64,000 nt of DNA. Source: Tubulanus polymorphus (lineage: Eukaryota > Animalia > Nemertea). A program made the translations under genes and the position numbers. Below, in pieces: positions 13,991 to 27,425 of this stretch. Within the stretch, counting starts at the first letter, position 1. Each line of letters starts with the position of its first letter. The notes under the pieces were generated by a model that did not search any database, was not told the DNA's origin, and was given only the letters and a program-made list of their open reading frames with translations. The stretch spans positions 18,173,653-18,237,652 of the forward strand of contig NC_134028.1 of the NCBI RefSeq assembly GCF_964204645.1, written 5' to 3'.

Positions 13991-14620
13991 TTGAACACAT
14001 ATTCTAGAGTTCCAACTTTGGTAACTTTTGTGTTCAAGTCATCATCACCTGACACAACGAATCCGGATAATGGTTCTCCCTTAAGCTCAATCAGTTGTGC
14101 TTCAATTTGCTCCAATTTACTTGATTTATGTTTCAGAGTAGAAAGTGTGGAGATACCTAACACTGCGTCGTCATCATTGAGAAGTCGTTCCCACTTATCC
14201 TTTAAAATGGTGAACTGATGTCTATGCGTTGTCCTCAGGTTTTTCAAATCTTCGAACGTGGTCATTTTTTCGTGTGGTCGGTCCTCAGCAATATAGCGGT
14301 TAAAATTCTATGGCTTGAGGGACCAAAAATGTGTGAATTCCTCCTTATACCGGCTGCGTGTCAGCAGTGAAACAAACAGAGAAGAACTTGAGAGCAAAAT
14401 GACATTCTAGTTACAATTTCTGAACAGTACTGAACTATATTTTGAATTACTCAAACAGCAAAACTCTTTAAATAACAGAATTTACAAAGTACTAAATTGA
14501 CAAAGATTAAGCGATCAGAACTGCAACGAGCATTCCATAAATAAACCAATCGGGTTTCAGGACTGTACTAATACACTCGTGACAACAGTCGCGACAGTTT
14601 TAGCTTCCGCGGCCATACAT
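13990..14620 (-). mobile_element. BEL/Pao-like LTR retrotransposon 5' fragment (LTR?, PBS, gag start)
   Basis: Minus-strand helical ORF start MTTFEDLKNLRTTHRHQFT.. preceded by tggtccctcaagcc (14312-14325), close to the tRNA-Tyr-type PBS tggtccttcgagcc. Confidence 0.55.
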
Positions 14621-15751
14621 TGGAACAGGTTTCATTTCCAAGACTCAATATTCAGCCACCCTGTGATATGTGACATCATATGAATTTCATTTGAATATAT
14701 TTTTTTGAAAATATGAAATAGTTTCCCTGCCGCGCCTACCTGTATCCTACAGAATTTTTGATGTGGACCGTAAACAAATGTATATCTTTGGTCTTATTTG
14801 ACTACAAAATAATCCTTTAAGAAAGATAAAATACAATATAAACTTCTAGAACTTTGAAGTCATGAATTAAAAAGATTTTTCAAGCAATGCCTTTACTCAA
14901 AACAACCTCTAGCTTTCAAGGTAAACCACACTTTGCCCATGGGCAATTTATTCTAGATATTTCCCTAAATTATTAGGGAATGTCGATAGTAAGACCGTGG
15001 GAAAGCGCAAACGGTTCATGAAATGAGTGCCTAGCCGCAAGCAAAGATTTGAGATATCTATCGATTCCTCGGAGATTTTTGCCAAAAAACGATATTTTGA
15101 CAGCCGATTTTTCGGATCCTCGGTTTTGTTGCATATACATCCGATGACCTACATTTATGACGTTTTGACTGAGATTCCTAATAAACAGGGTTCCCTATGC
15201 ATCGTAACAACCAATCAGAGCTACGTACACCTGATCCGGAGTCCCGTCGATAGACTGTTTACTAACAGCCAAACTTGCCAAACTTGTATTCTAAATCTAT
15301 ATTGTATGAATAGAGGTATTAATTTGAAAATATTTTTGCATTCTTAAATTGATTTTTGGCTTACCAGCGCTCATTTTGGTGAATAGAACGTGCATATGAA
15401 TATGAATTACTCAAATGCAATTCAATAAACTTTTCCCGATAAAAGGATACCTAGGAAATGCACTTATATGATGATATCATGGTACATAAGATGAGTGTGA
15501 CCAGCTTGAATCTAAGTAGCAATGTTGCCAGAATGTTGTGAGTTGATATGAATAACTTCATAATGCAAAATTTGTAATCAGTCAATTAAGTATCCTGTTG
15601 ATTCTGTTTTCAATCACTTGTGGTCAGCCTTGACCAAGTTTAGTCACACTTGGTTTCTCCCTATATGTTCATCAATTTCTTTTGCTTTTTTTTCTACAAT
15701 GATTTGAAATGAAATCTTCAAATAAACATTGGTTTATGTTGATTTTTTTAG

Positions 15752-15819
15752 GCTACAGATGCAGATTCTGGTAAATTTGGTGAAATTATGTATTCATTAG
15801 AAGGTGATAATTCACAAGA
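15752..15819 (+). CDS. Cadherin exon
   Basis: ag|ATDADSGKFGEIMYSLEGDNSQ|gtaagt; AxDxD motif; phase 0/2. Confidence 0.92.
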
Positions 15820-17370
15820 GTAAGTCAATCGTTGTATTGCTGTTATTTTCTTATTATTTCATGTATCTGGTGTTTAATATATCCAATATTCTGATGAGGC
15901 CTTTTTATGACACCCCTATGCATCCCTACTATCTCATTTAAGTATAGGCTTGGGTCACATTTCAGAACTTCCCTTACACTTCCCTTTCCCACTTTCCAAT
16001 ATTGATTTTTGTCATTATACGTACACTTATTTCGTTCTTCAGTATTTGAATCTAATGTATCTATCAACATTTTCAGGAGAAATTCTTCATTTATAAATAA
16101 TATGTATAGGTTTGTTGAGTGCTGCTTATATTGCAGTAATGTCTCTACAGAGCGTTAGTGATTTATCTTGTGTTGCTTTTGTCATTATCAAGCAGATCAC
16201 TGTTATCATTTGCCTCACCACACACTTATGAATCTTTTTTAACATAGGGCTATAGTTAGTTTGCACATTATTCATTCTTTGCTGATTTTGTAGAATCAAT
16301 TTTCTTTTTTATGCCTGTTTGTAGCCAATCAGCCAATTCGTTACGCAGGTATAGTACAATACTATAATTATCATTGTTAGACTTAGCTCCCCTCAAATAT
16401 TTGATGTATTTCATATCGATTTTTAGATTAGTGTGTTAGTCCATGACTGGTAGACTGATATTAATCTTAGTATTTCAGAGATAAAAACCCACAGTGAGCA
16501 AAACCCGCAGTTGATCAGTTTACAATTAATTCTTGACAGTTTTGAAGTTTTGACTAATGTTCATCATAAGAGAAAGGAAATCATTTAAAAAATTATTTTA
16601 AAAGATATTTTGTTTCTGAAAAAATCATCAACTGTGGGTTTTGCTTATTATTTATTGTCATAGCATCCATATAATGGATCTATTGTATTATAGCAGACGT
16701 AAATCAAGAATACAAACATGTTGTTGTTTTGTTAATTGATAAAAAGTTAGACAATTTAGTTAGACAGATTTTTTATTGTTATGGTTTTTTGATTAAGTTA
16801 CAATACTTGTGTTGCCTTTCTAGCCTGAAGCTTAAGTTAGAATGTTGAATACTACCAAAATTCATATGGATATTTGATACTGCCTATAGAAGTCACTGCT
16901 GCGTGCTGCATAGTTAGGACAAATATTCACTAACAAATTTTATTTTGTAACCCTATTATCAGCAGAATGTAGTTGAAAATTCAATTATCCAAATAAAGCT
17001 TGATAAAATTTTCAGGAAAAATTGAAATAAAGTACATGAAACTTGAACATTTTTTGTTATAATGGCATGTGACCATTTACCTCAGGTAGACAGTGTTATT
17101 TGTGAAGATTGTGGGATTTCACATTTATAGTGGTGATTAGAATTCTATTCCCAATCACATCTGTAATTCACCATATGTTCATTTTGGTCTATGAAAAAAT
17201 GAAAATGGCAAGTAATGGTAAAAGGGTTCACTTATTGCTGGTACAATATTTCACTTGTTGTTGTTTCAACTGTTGATAATTTCTGAATACTTCAATCAAA
17301 TATTCTTCTGTAACTACTATCCACTTAGTCTACTAATCATAATAATCTTTTCAATCTATATTCATTGTAG

Positions 17371-17608
17371 ATTTACTATCAACCAAACTTCGGGCGAGAT
17401 ATTTTTAGCAAAAGCTTTAGATTATGAGGAGGCACGTCACATTGATGTACTAGTTATGGCAACAGATGGGGCAGGACAACGAACTACCAGTAAACTCCGT
17501 GTGAATGTATTGGATTACAATGACCAGGCTCCAATATTTTCACTTGATCAATACACAACATATTTACGTGAGAAATCAACTACTTTCGAGAGTACAGTCA
17601 TTGTCAAG
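17371..17608 (+). CDS. Cadherin exon
   Basis: FTINQTSGEI..LDYEE..ATDG..VLDYNDQAPIF; LDYE and DxND motifs; phase 2/0. Confidence 0.95.
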
Positions 17609-18757
17609 GTTAGGTTCAACTCAAATTTAAAAACCAAATATTTTTTGACTATGAATAATCCAACCTTCTCAATTAGCTGAGGACAGTTATTTTAGCCTTT
17701 ATTATTCATAGTGGTAATGAGAGGATCTAACTCAGTAGTTACTTATGTTTAGGCCCCATCCCAGGGGAGATGGACTTCCTACAAAAACTAGCAAAACTTG
17801 AAATTTAAAACAAACAAAATTTAATTTTAAAGGTATAATTGTTTAAAAAATCAGAAATATAGTCAGAAATACAATAGAAATATAACTAGTAAAAGATGTA
17901 CTCTTTCCTAATCTGAGATTATATGATTTAATAAAATGGCTTAAGTTTGACTTAAATACATGGTCACACATCGTATACAAATTTCGTTTTGTGTGTAATT
18001 TTTTCCATTGGATAATCAGCTCATTCATTTTCAATAACCGTTCAGGCCAATTTCCTTTATCGAAAGCTAATAATGGTAGCTGTAATGGTATATATACATA
18101 TGCTTTTGACTGCTGTTGATCGAAATAGTAGGATATGAATCCTAGATTGTCAAATGCGATGAAAATTTGAAATATATTTGAAGGGTTGTTCTTCAAGTTA
18201 TAGCCTAAATAAAATTGCTGAACTCAACTGCCTAAAAAACAAAATATTCAAACTTTAAATCCAGATGAACACTAACAGTTATATTATAAAGGATTTGAGG
18301 TGGACTTCTTTTTTGTGTTACAATGAATACATCTTAACTGCATAACTTAACTGTGTAACCTAATGTGAAGGTTGATTCGGTTTACAAAGGTTCAGTTTCT
18401 TTAAAGAAATGCCATTTGATTCAGTAATTAAATCCATACTCTGCCATCTCTTGTCGTTAAGAACTGTAGACGTCAATAATATGACTTGTTACTGTCAAAC
18501 CGACAGTAACATTATCAACTACAGTTATAGATGAGTGTAGACGTATAAATGATATCATCATTGACAGCCAGATCAATGTTTATACATGTAAAACAGCTAA
18601 AAACGAACCTATTTTTCGAAACACATTTTGGCTATTCTAGTTATTCATCCATTCGATCCTGGTAGTTGCCCGGATGTTTGTGATGGCGCTTTTTCGTACA
18701 TTGGTTTGATTGCTTTTGTAGTCAAATTCACGTCTAGAATAACACAAAATCTGGTCG

Positions 18758-18822
18758 GTATACATATATGTATATATGTATATGTATATGTATAATACGT
18801 ATATGTATACATATACGTGTAT
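18758..18822. repeat. (TA/TATG)-type microsatellite
   Basis: tatacatatatgtatatatgtatatgtatatg... Confidence 0.8.
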
Positions 18823-19143
18823 AAAGGTTTCGACTCTTTCGCTACTTGATAATTGTGCATGCTCTGTACCAAATGGCGCTAGTGTAATTTTGATCATGCC
18901 AGTGATGCATGTGGTGACACCTATACAGTTGAAAAAGATCTACATGTATAGTGAAAGATGACAGTCTTCTGCTAATCAATAAACACCTATAGTAGTAGTA
19001 ATGTGCTGTGCTGTACGTGCATACTTTTATTGGTCATATATAGCTGACCGAAATATCGGTTGGTATATAATAGGCAAAATAAGCTACCAAAATTCTCTAA
19101 TGGTAGCGTACATGTTTAACTGTTTCTATTTTATATTCTATAG

Positions 19144-19286
19144 GCACATGATCCAGAACAATCGCAGATTACATACCGTATCAAATCTGGTAATACTCTT
19201 GATAATGCTTTTGAAGTGAATCATACAACTGGTGTATTCTCTGTGAAACGTGGTGTTGTATATCAGGAAGCTCCAGTGGGTGGCAA
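19144..19286 (+). CDS. Cadherin exon
   Basis: ag|AHDPEQSQITYRIKSGN..FEVNHTTG..|gtgagt; phase 0/2. Confidence 0.9.
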
Positions 19287-19830
19287 GTGAGTAAAGGAGA
19301 CTGAGACAGAACTGAAAATAATGAAATCACTTTCGTCATTGAGCTACTGATGTTTCTAGCATATGCTGTATATCCTGGCATTACATCCCTCTGTCATTCA
19401 TGCCTCCTCAGATCAACGAAATAAAGAAGAATGCTCTATATTAGTTACAGTCAGCCAGTTTTTGACAGAAATCACTTATAAGGGTTTTCGGCTATTCTGC
19501 AGATCAGGATGTATGCATTTTTTCAACATTGCATAATTTCTGAAAACTTAGGTGGTTTACAAATTTTTCTGTTTGAGATATTAACACTACCTATACTGGT
19601 AAACAAGGATGAGAATTTCCCGCCTTTTTGGCAGTTACTCCCTTTTTGTGTGTCAGCCCTCTAGAGGGTGCAGCTGTTTACTATTCTTTTAAGTAATCAG
19701 TGCTACAATACGACAAATGTTTCATGTCTTGGCAGGGGCCCTAGAAAGATTAGTATAACATAGATTCATAATACATGTATACTGGTATTGTATGCGATTG
19801 ATTATTTGTAATTTGTTGCACCATTTTCAG

Positions 19831-19909
19831 GTTTCGTGTTGTAATTGAGGCTTCAGATAATGGCAACCCAGTGCAAACTACAGATGCTCCTGTCATTATC
19901 ACTCTGTTG
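19831..19909 (+). CDS. Cadherin exon
   Basis: FRVVIEASDNGNPVQTTDAPVIITLL; AxDxGxP motif; phase 2/0. Confidence 0.92.
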
Positions 19910-21603
19910 GTACGTAAAATTCTTAAAAGCGCTCTTCATTTTCAACACTATCACCAAGAAAAAATCAGTTCCGGTTATCCACCCTCCATTTATCAGCCAC
20001 TCCTATACAATACAGCTTTGAATTAACTTAACAAAAATTGTGCATCGTTTGCGTGTTGAATGCATTGTGTTCTCATTTATCGTTCCAATTGAAACGCGTT
20101 GTACACATGATTTGAATGTGTTTTAAATCCCATACAATGATGTACAGTACGCATTTACTTTCTTTCCAAAACGCCAATCAATTTCCGTTTTAAACGTAAA
20201 CGAAATGGAAAATAAACGTTAACGAAAATAATTTTATTCTAAGCTGTACCGTAAAACTTACTCACTATCCACCACACAATTTCCTGAACAAATGTTATAA
20301 CAATTATAGTTGACTTTCTGTTTTTTACTGAGCAAAGAATTTTTTCAAGCCACTCTAAACACGTATATAAAAAACACGTTTGCTGCATGGAAGCCACAAA
20401 TTTAAATTGCATTATGGAGGATTGACCAAATCTTGGGGGCCCCCACACCCTCTTAAATGGCTTTGCACCTTCTGCGCTTGCTCTGAAATGGCTTTACCAT
20501 CCTGTTGTTTTTATTTGCTACCCCCCCTATTTCAAAAAGCTGGATCTGCCCCTGTGCTGTGTGCTTTACTCTACGTACTTCTACCGTTTGAATGTACATT
20601 CTACTGTGTATGGACCTTTTAAGGAAGCGTATGTAATCTCTATGTTTACTTATGGTTGAATATTCAGCTTCGTCGAGAAATTGGCTGTTCTCATGAAAAT
20701 AATGGAGCAAGTTCATCGTAAGCGAAGATATTTTGTATCTGTTTAGTTTGATGTAAATTTTTGGTGATAATAAACAGCCAATTCCATTTGACTGGTTCCC
20801 ACTTCAAAAATTTAGTTACCGATATTTTGGAACTTAAAGCAAGATTACAGTTTAGCCAGATTTAATATATATGATGGTATCCCAGAATGCCCCCCCCCCC
20901 CTATCAATACTCAATCTATACAAAATATATACCCATTCAAATTTCTGGTAGCATTGTCAAAAATCATGTGAAATGTTCTTGCACGCCGTATTTCGACAGT
21001 TCGGTAATTCCCAATATACAGTCAACATCAATGCAGAATTTTGTCAGTGGTATAGAGTATTGCAGTTTATTAGGTGTGACCCATCAAAATATCTGAAACT
21101 TTATAATAGCTATTGAAAATTCTCTTTCATGAATGTAGATGATAGGTTATAAATTCCTTAGTAAAAAACATTGCCTTAAAAAATGTGCTTCCTCTAATCT
21201 GGCACTGAAGTAGTGCGTTGTCTTGGTCCTACACCATCCTCATGTAGGGTATAAGGATAAACAGTAGTTTGTGTCACGTGTGTTACATAGCAATATCTCC
21301 TTTGTGAAAAATATATCTCTTTTGAGAGTTTTGTGGTCTATAATAGGCTACTAGGCATTTAATGTTTCTTATCTTCTATGATTAAACTCAAGTGTGTTGA
21401 TGTTGGTGCCATTTTGAGCTGAATGAGTTTCTATTTTTTAGGGTTTTTCCTTCAGATTCCAAGCCAAATATACCGTTTATTAAGAAAACTTGGCATTAGT
21501 CGGGGTAAATGGTATATGGGAGGAAGGAATATCGGGGGTAGAAATATCATGAAGTATTATGTTAATACATATGTGCAACTACTTTAATGTGTTTATATTG
21601 TAG

Positions 21604-21676
21604 GATGTTAATGATAACCATCCGATATTTGTATCACCGATCTATGCGAAAACAATTTCAGAAATCACTCCATCAG
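21604..21676 (+). CDS. Cadherin exon
   Basis: DVNDNHPIFVSPIYAKTISEITPS; phase 0/1. Confidence 0.92.
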
Positions 21677-22981
21677 GTATGTAATCTACGTGCAGTAAAG
21701 TCAGTGAATTATCAATTCATCTTTTAACTGAATAGAAAAAGTTAAGTTTTATTGTATGAATTGTACAGAAGCGCTTAAGATATATTGGTCGATCTTTTTT
21801 ACTTTCTATACATATACATAGCCTGAGCAGGCTTTTGTATATTGTCATCACCTGTTTCTATTCGGGGCGAGGCTGACAGATTAGGTAATGTTTCCTTTGT
21901 TAATGGAGGAGTCAATAGTTATGACTAATTTTCTTATAACTTTTTATGTAGGGCATCCCATGTTCCTGCATTTAAGTCTGAAGTTTTGGATCAATTCTCT
22001 TATAACTTTTTACTTGTTCTGTAAGTTGTAAGAAAAGCTTGTTCACCATCCATGGAGTACACTATACATATGTCAGTTTGTCTATACATCCATCTGTAGA
22101 CACCATTTTTGGACCAATAGATGCTTTTTGAAGGATTGATTGATTAAGTATGGTGACAAATGTCATGAGACTGGAAATTCACCCCTTTCCATCTTGAAAA
22201 ACTTGAAATTACCAAAAAATAACAAACATACAAACTTTTAAAGTGTGCAAACTTACTGCCTACTACTTCATTCAATATTATGTGAATACATCAGAAACAC
22301 AGAAACAGGCTAGGTGGGGATGTAGCAAACAAAAAAATGGGAATGAGGGGTGAGATGGGAAGGAGGCAGAAAATTGGAATAGATATGGAGGCTGTTTAAC
22401 CCTAGATGAATATATATGGTAATAGAGTTTTCTTACTAGGCTAAGTCCAAAAGATATGGCACTACTTGCTATATACAAGTTCATGGGACTCTTTTTTGAT
22501 TGTTGAATTACTTTTACAGAACTTGGCCTATGTAATTTTTGATGGGCTAATCTAGAATCATGACCCACCCTAATTGGGTCATAACCACACTGGTAAATTA
22601 TGTCAATTTGAAGTTCATTTGCAGTCGTGTCTGATAAGCAGAAGACAAAACTTACCTTTTGGTCCACTTAACACTCTTTGTAATGATTTAGCAACTGAAA
22701 ATACTTGCAAAAGCCTGAAACCATACTTGATCCAGACGATGATCACTAGTGAGAGTTCCAAATGTTGTCTTTTTCTATTTTCATTCTTGACGAATTAGAT
22801 TTGCTTCTTTGTATAGAGGGTTTTAAACACATTTCCTCTTCTCTACGTCAGAATGTTTGCTATTGTATGATACTTTATCCAAGTCAATCGGAATAAATCT
22901 ACCTTCGAAAATTCTAAAATAAATCACCATCAAGCATCTGTACACGAGGCTTACACTTAATTCTCGCATATTGTTTGTTAA

Positions 22982-23573
22982 CCCTTTAACCGGCAAGTAT
23001 TTTTGGCCTGTGAGTGATTTTGGACCTTACAAGGGGAAAACTGAATAACTCAGTAGATATGAGGGATAACCCCATATTGCATGTATTTTATGAAAGCTCT
23101 TTTCATAAGCTTTCGAATGGTACCAAGTTTGCGAACTTTGGTAGTCACCTTCAGGTTCTGACCACAAGGTCACAGATCCCAAGGTCATCCAGATTTTAGG
23201 GCCATCCATAATCAAGCACTGTCATCAGATTCATCCCAATGCGAATCATCATCAGAATCTTGCATATGATCGAAATATCAGCCAAACTCACTAGAGAACG
23301 TATTTAGTGCATTGGCCATTACTACTAACGATCTTTTCAACTTCGGAAATCTGACCCATGTGACACATGGTGTCTATACCCCCTACTACATGCCAAATAT
23401 ATGATATATCCCTTTTCTTTCTGCTTTGTTAGACATTGTAGGCCGTCTTGTGTCGCCATCTGCTCACAGGAAAATGAGTTAGAATGCGTCACTGAAATCA
23501 ATACTTGACTATCCTATTCACTATAGCTGGTCTATTAAAATCGGTCGCTAGCGACCGATTGCCGGTTAAAGGG
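22982..23573. mobile_element. piggyBac-like MITE
   Basis: TTAA|ccctttaaccggcaa ... ttgccggttaaaggg|TTAA. Confidence 0.88.
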
Positions 23574-23859
23574 TTAATGTACAAACCAGCTTTATTCAAT
23601 CTTCTTTGACCTTTGCATTGACACAGTTTTTTCCACAAAAAAAAACCCTGATCTAGGAAACAGTGTTATTCACGGGTTAGAATTTAAGGCAGGACAGAAG
23701 TCCTTTTGATTGCTTTTAAGAAAAATTGAGCATCAAAGCTACCATGGGGGTTTAGGGGTCCTCTCCTAGACAACTTTCATAATTTTCAGTCCTATGAGAG
23801 CATTTGGGGCATTAAGTAAACATACGATCACACTAAAATATTTGAAAAAACTACCAATA

Positions 23860-25845
23860 TTTTTATGCCCCCACAAGCATTGTGGGGGGCTAACTGTTCA
23901 CTTTGTCGTCTGTCGGTCTGTCCTTCCGCAGTGGTTTCTGTGCCCAAGTGCCTAAACCCTTTGACCGATTTTTTCTTCAAATTGAACAGTTGTGTTGTAT
24001 TATATGTGGTTAGTAACTGATTAGATGTTCGGTCCTTTAGGTCCGAGGTCAAGGTCACAGGAAGCCATTTTGTAAATTTCATTTCCGGGCTCTAACTCAT
24101 AAACGGTATAAGACAACTTACTGAAATTATATGGTTATTCTAGGGACCATGGGTAACTGATTACATTTCGGGTCCGGTAGTCTAGGGTCAAGGTATGTCA
24201 CAGGAAGCCTTTTGTGAATTTCATTTGGAAAAATCTCCCCACATGGGATGGATCACTCTATTCTTTGTTCTTGCCACAAGGGCGAGTTAAACATGGTATA
24301 ATATACAATTTATCTACTTATATTGGTATCTATGCATATTTTGTGACTACAATCAATTGGAAATTTGTAGCATGACATGTTTTCTGATTGCGGTGCATTT
24401 TGTGGTCCTTGGTTTCAGTATATGGTCACCAGGGGCATTGAATAGTAGAATAACTTTGTATTTCCATATCATATTGGTACCTATGCATATTTTGTAAGTA
24501 CAATCAATCGTAAAAGTCTAACTCATGACATATTCTATGATTATGGTGAGTTTCAAGCTCATTGGGTTTTGTATATGGGCACTGTGGGGCGCTGAATAGT
24601 AGAATAACTTAGTATTTCCATATTATATTGGTACCTACTCATATTTTGTAAGCACAATCAAGTGCAAAATTCTAACTCATGACATGTTCTTTGATTGTGG
24701 TGAGTTTCCTGCTGCCCATGATCATTTGCTATGAAAATGATTCGACACGGATGCAATGGCAATTGTACGAAGATGACATGTTCATGTAGAAAAATTGACT
24801 CGGCTTGTACATTGGATTGTCGGCAGTGTAAAGGCATCACTTTCATGAATCATGAGGATGACATTCAAGGGCTTAATACTAGGTTTTTAAACTGTGAACA
24901 TTTGAGGCGACTTTTCATAGCTCTATATGGACTGGACTATGGGTACTGTTATATACGTCTACATGTTACATGAGATTTCTGTGCTTGGTTTGAATTTTCT
25001 GTGCTTGGTTTGAATTTGACTTTGAAATTAGATATGACCTTGACCTTGAACCAATTTCTAAATGCCATATTTGGACAGCGCATATTGGAAAACAGGTTTC
25101 ACCCTATGTTTGACGTGACTTGGTCCCACATTATCTATATACCCAAGATATGGTGAAAACAGGATGCTGTTGCCATGGGAACGCATTTTTACATTGTTGC
25201 AAAAGAATGCGAACCATATAGATATGGTATACGAACTGAGGTAAGTATGTTCCATCAATTTATCATAAAATTGGAGTTTGAGCAATTTTGTCTAACCTCA
25301 ACTCTATCATGACTGGACTATTTCCGGGCTCTTACTCTTAAATGGTTTAAAATAGCTTAGTGAAATTATATGGCTGGGTTATCGTAGATAACGTGGGTAA
25401 CTGATTAGATTTCGGGTCCTGTTGGTCAAAGGTCAAGGTTACTAGAAGCTGTTATGTATTTTTCATATCCGAGCTCTTTCATAGACCTTTTAAGATATTT
25501 TGGTGACATTTTTTGGATGGGTTATCCTAGAGACAGTGAGTAACTGATTAGATTTCAGGTCCTGTAGGTCTAAGGTCAAGGTCAAGAGGAGCAGTTTTGT
25601 ATTTTTAATTTCCAAGCTCTTTATTCATAAACAGTATGTGATAACTTTGTAAAAATTTATGGATGGTTACCCTTGAGACCGTGAATGAGTGATTAGAAGC
25701 CGTTTTGTATTCTTCATTACCTACCTTCATAAAAACGTCGACATACGCTTGTCGTGTATCTCAGGTGTATTCAGCCACCTCTCTTGGTGTGTACACTCAG
25801 GCGTTTCACCTGATGTGGGGGCATCAGTCATCTTCAGTGACATTC
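23860..25845 (+). mobile_element. Helentron-like non-autonomous element, family B, with internal tandem repeats and foreign inserts
   Basis: 5' tttttatgcccccaca hairpin; 3' tgtgggggcat subterminal IR; aaggtcaaggtca-containing repeats. Second copy at 47060-47958. Carries ~155-bp family A repeats and a Cys-rich fragment (24730-24870). Confidence 0.72.
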
Positions 25846-26684
25846 AATGCCAACTGCCAAATTTCATAATGAAACTGCAAAATATAAAATATAAAATAAG
25901 AAACTACATAAATTTCTGGTCACGCTGTGTGTAGCTGCACCTTGAAGAGCTCCAGTCATTTTATTGATGTACTCCACAACTAATCTCTGAATGTATTAGT
26001 CTGGATTATGTTTGAATAATTTTTCTGCGCATTTATTGCATTGTCGACAATTTTCATTCCATTGGTGGAATTGCCTTAATTTTAGTGAAGTAGTGATTTT
26101 TAGATACTCAAATTTGTTCAAACTGTGATCACAGACGGCAAGAAGTTCATACTCATACATTGCATATGGACACGGGTTAAATTTGATTGCTATTATGGTC
26201 AACAAATCGCCACCTATTGAATATAGTCACATTTGTGATCTGGGCATTGCTGGCAAAACCAACAAAGCATGACTTTAGAGCTGGAGCAAATTTAAAACAT
26301 TATAGACAATAATATAATGATGATATAGATAATAGTTTGAAAACTTAATTGTTGAAAGTCCATTCTCTGCTGAATAAGGCAACCTTAATGAATGAGTTTT
26401 TTTATGGAAAACAAACTTCATATAGCATTGTTTACTGGAACTTGATCGAAGACAATGCAGTTGATTCTCAATCCATGGCTCAATTTACCCCTCCTGGTTT
26501 TAAGGTACTAAGTAATACATGTCGAACTGGACAGTGTAATGGTCGCATTGCAGTTGTGTTTGAATGTTCATAGCAGAAGAGATAAAACTATGGTGGCAGA
26601 TTCGGGCCATATTAAAAAAATCACAAATGGTGCAAATGCAGACTCCTAAAAGTCATTTTATCGTGCAATGACATGAAAATTACC

Positions 26685-27425
26685 ACATAAAACAAGAAAC
26701 ACCACGATATAACAGGATCTGAGTAAAATCCCACAATAAAAGAATTAGATGATAAAATCTAATTTAACCCCATTAAATACATCTCGTTTATGTTCTTTAA
26801 TACGATCCTTAATATTCCTACCGGTTTCCCCAATGTAAAAAAGGTTACAATCAGAACAGTTGATTTTATAAACTCCACAATGGACATTAGGGTTCAGATT
26901 GTTATTGGAGCAAAAATTAGAAATTTTGTTATTATACTTGAAAATTAAATCAGTATTCAAATGACGAAGAGCTGGTTTGAAACCGGTATTTAATGGGGTT
27001 AAATTAGAAAGTGGGGTAGTCTCCCATTCTTCGGTTACCGGACACAATTTTGATTTTTCTGGAGCCAATATTATCTTTCCCAACAGTAGTCACACTAAAC
27101 GACATATAGTTGAATCTGCTTTGATTACTACTCATTCCGATCGTTCTGTCAACCTCAATAATGGTTTCAGCCCCCATAATAAACTTCTTTCAAGTTATGT
27201 CAGTGCTCTAGTCGCCATAACGTAATGTGCAGCGATACGTGTCCTATTTCATATTTCATGTATTAATACTGTATTTGGCAAGTCATTTTAGACTGAAGAA
27301 GGGTGGTAGTAACCACCCGAAATATTTCTTATATGTTTTAATAAACATTTTATCATCTAATTCTTTTATTCTGGGAATTTACTCGTATCGTTTTATCACG
27401 GTGGTCATTTTCTTTGTTTTATGAT
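26685..27425. mobile_element. Penelope-like element fragment with internal inversion
   Basis: GIY-YIG motif GVYKINCSDC..YIGETGR..RIKEH on minus (26760-26985); its continuation SH...GHNFDF..ESALI..VN on plus (26987-27225); inverted terminal copies at 26685-26760 and 27345-27425. Confidence 0.85.
27284..27335 (+). ncRNA. Minimal type I hammerhead ribozyme (Penelope-associated)
   Basis: CTGAAGA core (27293), stem II gggtggt-agta-accaccc, GAAA, short palindromic stem III gaaatatttc; stem I only weakly paired. Confidence 0.7.

Noticed and set aside
15891-15930. Hammerhead core CTGATGA (also at ~34028 and ~33268)
   Set aside because: No stem II followed by GAAA.
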